Assembly (NCBI GenBank): GCA_964016885.1 | Contig: OZ024743.1 | Location: 110,422,001-110,486,000 of the forward strand | Direction: 5' to 3' | Source: Eledone cirrhosa | Taxonomy: Eukaryota | DNA length: 64,000 nt | In this document: positions 56,001 to 64,000 of the stretch, one piece after another | How positions within the stretch are numbered: the first letter of the stretch is position 1 | Layout: each line of letters opens with the position of its first letter | The notes under the pieces: model-generated | Databases searched by the model: none | The model's input: only the letters and a program-made list of their open reading frames with translations | What the model was told of the DNA's origin: nothing | Made by a program: the position numbers and the translations under genes

Positions 56001-57064
56001 CAACATTGTTTCTTACCTAACGTTCATTCCTTACCTAAACGTAATCAAGTTTAAGTAAGAGATGTAATATTAACATGGTGTCAGATTTAATATACGGAGG
56101 ACTTTCATTAATTGATACTAATTTTCTTCATACATAGACAACTTGAAAAATTGTTTAATGAATCATTTGATGTGGAATTGCGACCATATCGGTTTGTAAG
56201 ATACAGGTTTCCTCCAAATATAGAGAAAAAGGAACATATTGCAACATTATAAGAATTTGTTAAACATGTTACCCATGTCCTGATTATGGGTACTTTTTCC
56301 ACAGGTAAAATTGGCAGTGTAAAAATATAATATTAAAACCAAGTATTCGTGTGAGCTATATTTATCCACATTTGTTTAGTTTCAGGATAATTCTCTCTGA
56401 CTCATCCGTTCAATAGTATATATATATATGTGTGTTTAAAGCATAGGTTTAAACCAATTTGTAATGGTTTTATTTTGGCTCACGTTTTAACCAGCCCCCT
56501 ACACCAACATCTCCATTTAGAAATGGAAATTCGTTTTAATATTTAAAAGTAGGAAATCCGGTTTCAGACTATATTTTCTTCATTCCACCAGAAGGTTGAA
56601 CAGTGATGTATACACACATACACACGCATACACATGTATACATGCTGATTGATACTTATTCTCAGAATTGTACGATTCCTTCATTGAACAGTGCCCGATC
56701 ATGTGCACGCAGGTGACTTTTCAGACCCACTTTTGTAATGCAGGCACGTTCACATATGTGATACTTCAACTATCTGTCCCCGGGTAATACCGCTTGGCAG
56801 TGTTTCATGCATTCTGCCATGTCTTGTCGGTTCTCCAGCTGACTTGTGAATTAAGCCACACTCACTACACATATACCGTGGAGTGTATTACAATAGAACT
56901 ATCTGACAGGTGTTTCGATTTCTCCTTGGCTCGTGTAATTTCAGGTGGTTAGAAGAAAGGTGCTACGGGCATTGCAGCTAAATTTCTGCTGGATTTAAGA
57001 AAGGGATGGCTTCAAAGCAGTCTGCTCCACTCGCTGTTTCTCAAGAACATCATATCTATACTTG

Positions 57065-57250
57065 ATAATTGTTTCTACATTTGGCACAAGGCCAGCAATT
57101 AACCAGTGCATTACTGGTACTTTATTTTATCGACCCCGTAAGGATGAATGGCAAAGTTAACCTCGACGGCATTTGAACTTAGAATGGCAAGGGCCGTAAC
57201 TCTATGCGTCAAAGCATGGCGTCCGACCCTCTACCGATAATGCCAATTGA
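57065..57250 (-). mobile_element. tRNA-derived SINE
   Basis: Reverse complement of the 8925-9100 family. Confidence 0.8.
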
Positions 57251-57254
57251 TAAT

Positions 57255-57560
57255 ATTTCTACATGATGTCCGAGCTTCAGATAATCTCTCCCAGTTCTTC
57301 CTATCAATATTCAACGCCGTAAGTTTGGCATTTATGACATCCTTAAAACACTTCTCTGGTATATACTGTGGGTTTTTTCCTTTGGTCAGCTCCCCCACAC
57401 AATAATTGTTTAGAGATCATTCCATTTTCCACCCTCACAACATAACCAGTCCAGCGCATCTGGTTCATAATATTTTTCCTCACAATATTGTTACTACCAC
57501 CTTCTCAGCTACAGCAGCATTAGGAGTATAAGGGGCCCAATTATTGTGGAGGGTGCGTCG
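57255..57560 (-). mobile_element. RTE/BovB-like LINE C-terminal fragment
   Basis: QMRWTGYVVRVENGMISKQLLCGELTKG...CFKDVI...NWE. Confidence 0.7.
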
Positions 57561-57585
57561 AAACGTTGTACAAACACACACACAT

Positions 57586-57656
<71 letters not shown>

Positions 57657-57817
57657 AAGTTATATATATTATTGATGATGGGAATTTGCTGTGCTATTAA
57701 TGATACTTATAACAAACCTGGATAATCGGTGATTAATACCAACCATTAAAATCGATTATAAACTTCAGGTTGCGGATTGTATATGACTGCAGTATGATAA
57801 ATTATATTTAAATGAGT

Positions 57818-58012
<195 letters not shown>

Positions 58013-58647
58013 AATTATGTCCATAGAATCATTTGATAACTATTTCCTCTCCCAATTAGCATATATATACATATATATATACATATATACATATGCATAT
58101 ATGTATATATGTATGTATATATATATATATAGAGAGAGAGATAGATAGATATAGATATAGATATAGATATTTGTACATAACACTAGTTGTTTAGTTATTA
58201 GTTATATGGAAAACAAAACTGTATATCATTTAATGTTGTAGAAATGTTGCTCTGAATAAAATGTTCATTGACATTTCCTTTTTTAGTTACGTATTAGATA
58301 TATATGTTATATGTGCGAATTAAACCTAATTATAGTGTATACTAGCAGAATGGTCCGGCGTTGCTTGGGATTCTAAACATAGATTGGTATGTTTATCCCT
58401 CCTTTCAGAAACAGATTCGTCGTATGACCTCCAATTGATGCAGAAGTCGGTAATAAACAATGAAGTTGCCTTGGGTGAATAGGCAAATAATTTTCCATTA
58501 ACATGTTTCAAAAGCATGTAATTGCGTTCCCTCTCTTTGTTGTTGTTGTTTTAGCTGCTGTCGAGCCTCGTGAAATAAATACGTTCGTTCATATTTTGTT
58601 ATTGTGTTTGCAAAATATATATGTGCACGAATATATGATTATATATA

Positions 58648-58775
58648 TAGTAAAATAACAGATTAAAGTTTAAGTTAAGCGAAGAATCGCGGTTTTCACC
58701 ATCAACGGGATATTCTGCAGCTAAAAATAATCAATCTGTGAAGGCAGAAATAAATATTTCGAAAAACGTTACACA
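58648..58775 (-). mobile_element. Diverged 3'-terminal fragment of the main PLE family
   Basis: Matches the pLTR end; further short fragments at 22452-22497, 24433-24495 and 63148-63190, all in (TA)n. Confidence 0.8.
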
Positions 58776-58811
58776 TACTATATATATATATGTGTGTATA
58801 TATCTATCTAT

Positions 58812-59212
58812 CTAAGGCGGGTAACATTCCCGAGATCCATGGATGAGTTCTCTCCAGCGGTCTCTGTCCCTCATTATCGCTGCCATATCCTGCATCTCCA
58901 ACAGACCAGTGTCTGTCCTTGGGGCATCAACATATGTTAACCTTGGTCTTGCTCTTCTAGTGTGTCCGCCTCTTCATTGCTGTAGTGGAGTCTGTGCTGC
59001 TGTATGGGTCTGAGACTTGGACACTGACCAAGAAACTCACTCAGATGGTGGATGGTGCTACACGAGAATGCTGAGTATGGCTCTGAACATTAATCAGTAT
59101 ACACTGAGGATGAAAAACTCAGAGCTGTATGGGAGCATCCCAAAAGTCAGCTCATAAGTGACATAGAGGAGACTGAGGTTGGCTGGACATGCTCACCGAC
59201 ATCCAGAGTTGA
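58812..59212. mobile_element. RTE LINE fragment with 5' inversion
   Basis: Minus strand: RARPRLTYVD...IMRDRDRWRE; plus strand from ~58968: RLFIAVVESVLLYGSETWTLT. Confidence 0.8.
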
Positions 59213-59448
59213 CATATATATGTATGTATATATATATATATATATTAGAATGTGAAGTTTTTTTACAAAATGAAAAATAATCAAGGTGTCCTACACGAGT
59301 GAAAGTATAAAGAAAAAAAGATCAAATTCAAAATGCAACTGGAGTCTTATTTAAAAAAAAATATATTTATATTTATTTGGTTCCTTTACCAGTTTACCAG
59401 TTCTTCTGCTTTTCAAAAGTAGAGTTGAGACGGAGGATTTGTGGTTTT

Positions 59449-59595
<147 letters not shown>

Positions 59596-60144
59596 TATAT
59601 ATATACATATATACACACGCACACATATAGTGTCATAATGTCTAAATGCAGACAGCCAGATATACAGACATATAAGGGCGCGACGTTATAAATATGTATC
59701 TATCTAAAAAGACAGAGCGATTTCTCTAAATCATTCAATGCGGTCCCTAGGGCAGGGAACATTTGAACTATTTCACGCTCAAATCACTACCACTTCCATA
59801 AGGTTTACATGTGTAAAGTTTAAAAAATATCGGTTGTGTGCTTCTCGAGATATAGGGAAACAGACAGACAGTCATTCTCTGTTTTAGATATATTTATATA
59901 TAACTATATTTTATATGCATTAAAAACGACAGAGGGTCAGACAGAAAATTTATTTAAGAACACTATACATATTTTGATGGTCTAGCTTTATTATCTAGTT
60001 CTGATGTGAGACTTAGACGATTTCATCAGGTGTTAATTTCAGAATTAGTTTCATAAGAGAATTTGATTACGGCGAACACAAAAAGATTGAATAATAGGAA
60101 ATAGAGGAACGATTCGATTCGATGATCGTTTCCCAATTCAGTGT

Positions 60145-60525
60145 TATAATATTTTCTACTTTTGGCACAAAGCCAGCAATTATTCCAGTGTATTTCTGGT
60201 ACTTTATTTTATCGACCCCGTAAGGAGGAAAGACAAAGTTAACCTCGGCGCGATTTGAACTCAGATCATAAAGGGCCGTAACTCTATGTTGCAAAACATG
60301 GCGTCCGACCCTCTACCGATATTCAATGTTATAATAATTGTTTCTACATTTGGCACAAGGCCAGCAATTATCCAGTGCATTACTGGTACTTTATTTTATC
60401 GACCCCGTAAGGATGAAACGCAAAGTTAACCTCGGCGGGATTTGAACTCAGAATGGCAAGGACCATAACTCTATGCTTTAAAGCATGGCATCCGACCCTC
60501 TACCGATACTGCCAATCCGCCACCA
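60145..60525 (-). mobile_element. Two tandem tRNA-derived SINE copies
   Basis: Two ~185-bp units of the same SINE family. Confidence 0.85.
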
Positions 60526-61599
60526 TTCAGTGTTATAAACATGGCAAAACTTCACTAACCATTTTAGGCTTGTACGCGTGATGGAGAGGGTGGATGTTGT
60601 TAAATTGGTAACAGGAATACTGCTTCTGTCCTTAGAAAATACCATTTATTACAAGAATAAAATTCATAAAAAATATATGAAACTTATAAAGCTTACAAAT
60701 TTGCAAGATTTACAAGTTTTACAAGATTTATAATTTTACAAAAATTATAAGGTTTATAAAAATTCATAAACATTATGTGCGAATATAAATTTATCTAAAT
60801 GAAGAATGTAAATTAGAAAGATGAAAGAAAAAGCGGCGAAGTTTTATACTAATGGAAAGGATCCCAACACACAAGTTATAGAAGGAAAGTTTGTTCGATC
60901 TGCGCGTTATTCAGAAGACCACATGTTGTCGGTTGATGGTTCAACGCACACCACACAAAGCTCACAGTATTGACTAAAGTGAAGTGATTATAGATAGGTA
61001 ACATATTACATATTCTTATACACCTTCATATCGAATGTTACATGTTATACATTATATTTCATATTATTCGATAGTATTTTAATTTATAATATTTGATTTT
61101 GATTTGTATTATATTTTATATTTCAAATATAGTTTCAAATACAGTTTACCGTTTATTTTATACTTCATATGTGATACAAATTTCTAATATCACTCTCTCA
61201 GTGGTGTTTTCATACCAATAGTTTCAAATAGGTGTTAATTATTATCTAATGTTAATTGAATTTCACTAACCATTTCATTTCTATACTATCCATTAAGTAA
61301 ATATATAATTATCCACCAAACCGCTGTAATTTGTATAACTCTTAACATTCGATATCGTCCTTCTGTATTATCAAAACTTCACTTCGGATATACATACTAC
61401 GTGTTGGAAATGTTATTGTTAATCTAAAGCTTATTGTTCTATATTTAAATATTTTCCGTAATTTTCATATTTTATCTTATAGTATATAATTATATTATAT
61501 TCCAAACGTAATCTGATATTAATCGATACAATATTGCTAATGATTTTATATATTTCACTATATACTTACATACTTTTATCCATCGTCCTTAATTTTATA

Positions 61600-62693
61600 A
61601 GCATTACCGTTAACTTTTCTGTTATTAAAATTATCTGGTATGCGTAACACCACCGACTGGCCGTTTGTTGGCTTTCCGCGTTACACCAAAGACACCAACA
61701 TTTGATTCCATTCCTTCTGAGATTGGAATTAATTAATTGCCCCTCTTCAATTTATAAATATATTCGGTACTGGTATATCATTTGACGTGATAGGCACGTC
61801 ACGTCAAATTTCCTTTTCTTTCACAATGCAAACACTAACATATAAGCGCAAACTAGTTTGCTTACCCTTTAATCAATTATTTTTAACCGAATCGCTGACA
61901 TCGTGAGTAGCGTATAATATTTCGTTAACAATTTGGTTTATTTAACAGAGGACATAACACTTACTTACTTTTAAGCAGCGCCATTTTCGGGGATTGAGGA
62001 AATGAGGATGAACTTAACATTTTTGTCGGCGCCTTCTTGACGCTTCATGCTTTCATCACGCGCAAATCCCGGCCCTGTGTACGTTGCCGTGTTATCCACA
62101 CCGTAAAACTCACGTCTGTGCTACTTCTAATAAGACCCCTTTTGTTGCACCTACATCGCAGTATGAACGCCCTGCGCAAATACGCCGAACAGGGGTTGTG
62201 CTAATTCCGTGGTGACCCCCTTTTGTCGCAACGTTGTTGCTGTGTAAACGCAGTGCAATCAGTGCCGCTCAGCGTTTGTGCTAATTGCACTATGACCCCC
62301 TTCTGCTGCAGCTGCGTTACCACGCTGATTTCGTCATCTCAATATCCTTACTTAAACCTACATCACTACTTGAATGTTACACAATTGACTACGTCGCTCA
62401 TTCAGACTGACGTGTTTTCCCCATCCGTGACGTAAGTCGTGAACACACTTACGACATACATCGCCCCACAACACTTACTTGCTTCTTCCACATACAGGGT
62501 TTCCGCAATCAGCCCACTCACACTGCTACTACAGGATACAGCATGCTGGTGTTCTATGTTTCCAGTAGATGAACAATCATTCCCTCAGAATAAGGGACTT
62601 TAAAAATTACATGGCTACGTTCTTCAATCTTTGCATATGCGTGTTGCTATTTCACGATACCTACCGCGTGCAACGCCGAGTCCTGCTGTTAGT
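61600..62693 (+). mobile_element. Possible non-autonomous Helitron-like element
   Basis: Ends in CGCGTGCAACGCCGAGTCCTGCTGTTAGT, resembling Helitron 3' termini; 5' boundary uncertain. Confidence 0.35.
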
Positions 62694-63061
62694 TAATCTA
62701 TAATAATGTTATTCATATTTATATTTTTTCGTAATTTATTTAATGTGACGTTCAATCGTACGTTTTATAACTTTATAAAAAGTTTTATGGTTTCAAGAAT
62801 CCTTTATAATTTTATAGCACTTATCTCCTATAAGTTGGTTACGTAGATTTTATGATAAGATCTACAGAGCAAAATTAAAAAATAATAAAATTGTAAAACT
62901 ATAAACAATAAATGACACACGATAAAAGAGAACGCCATAATGAAGGCGAATTTAATTATTTACAATGACTAAATAGTAATTGTTTGTTACTCAGGAGTTA
63001 CTCCTGTCCACACGCGTTCGACAGTTAAAATTCCAGCTTAACAAGAGTTTATTTTGCCATG

Positions 63062-63145
<84 letters not shown>

Positions 63146-63328
63146 CATGCAGCGATTCTTTGCTTAAACTTTAATCTGTTATTTTAATAAATATATATAT
63201 ATATATATATATATAAATTTATTAAAATAATATATATATATATATATATATAAATAATGAACCAGACAATAACGAACCAGATTTTGGATCTAGCTGGAGC
63301 TCAGCCGTCGGGGTCCTGACTCCTTACC

Positions 63329-63360
<32 letters not shown>

Positions 63361-63362
<2 letters not shown>

Positions 63363-64000
63363 AACAATTAAGTTAAAGATGTACATCCATATATGTATAC
63401 TGAAATACTAGTATGTATATGAATACACACACGTATACATATGTAGATGTACCAAGTTTTTTTCACTGGTCACTTTACTGTGAGTGGCCAGCTATTCCGT
63501 ATGTAAACACACAGACAAACCGGTTTTTAGAGTCATACTGGTTTTTGAGGAAACACCTTTCCTCTATTCTCCAGAAAGCCAGACAAGGAATATTGAACTA
63601 GTTTCGTTGTTGTTACAACTCATCAGCAATATTTACCTATCTTCCGGCCTCTCTAGAGAATCGTAAAAGCACATAGCGTTATATGCTTTTTCTATGAAAA
63701 TTAGTAGTGGGCAGACTAATTTGCATAGAGTGTGAGTAAGTACCGGTTCAACGGAGACGATAAAAACAAATAACGAAACGAAATTAAATTTCGTTTCGTT
63801 TGTAACTCACTTTTGTATGACTGACGCTTAAACAATTAAGTTAAAGATGTACATCCATATATGTATACTGAAATACTAGTATGTATATGAATACACACAC
63901 GTATACATATGTAGATGTACCAAGTTTTTTTCACTGGTCACTTTACTGTGAGTGGCCAGCTATTCCGTATGTAAACACACAGACAAACCGGTTTTTAGAG
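63361..64000 (-). mobile_element. 468-bp tandem hammerhead repeat (R2-related, retrozyme-like)
   Basis: 63361-63532 is repeated at 63829-64000 with no differences seen; starts in (TA)n and runs off the window. Confidence 0.9.
63589..63633 (-). ncRNA. Minimal type I hammerhead ribozyme with intact core
   Basis: AAUAUUG-CUGAUGA-GUUGU(AACA)ACAAC-GAAA-CUAG-UU|CAAUAUU; 7-bp helix I, 5-bp helix II. Confidence 0.92.

Overview
AT-rich, microsatellite-dense animal DNA; the SINE content suggests a coleoid cephalopod (octopus-like), which is an inference. No intact host gene is evident. Transposon content: (i) two near-full-length copies of a Penelope-like retroelement (RT plus C-terminal GIY-YIG endonuclease, CxC linker, resembling the Hydra clade) with pseudo-LTRs and inverted arms, inserted in (TA)n, plus short 3' fragments and a second decayed family; (ii) a rearranged Tx1/L1-type LINE; (iii) a decayed Helitron (HUH Rep plus Pif1 helicase); (iv) RTE-LINE fragments and tRNA-derived SINEs. 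The most notable signal is non-coding. About 15 hammerhead-ribozyme motifs (intact or decayed) from roughly 8 sequence families lie in or next to (TA)n tracts, nearly all with palindromic helix-III loops. Two ORF-less families behave as circularly permuted or tandem monomers (~650-680 nt and 468 nt). They look like retrozyme-type circular-RNA parasites mobilised by the Penelope-like machinery. All folds and alignments were done by eye.
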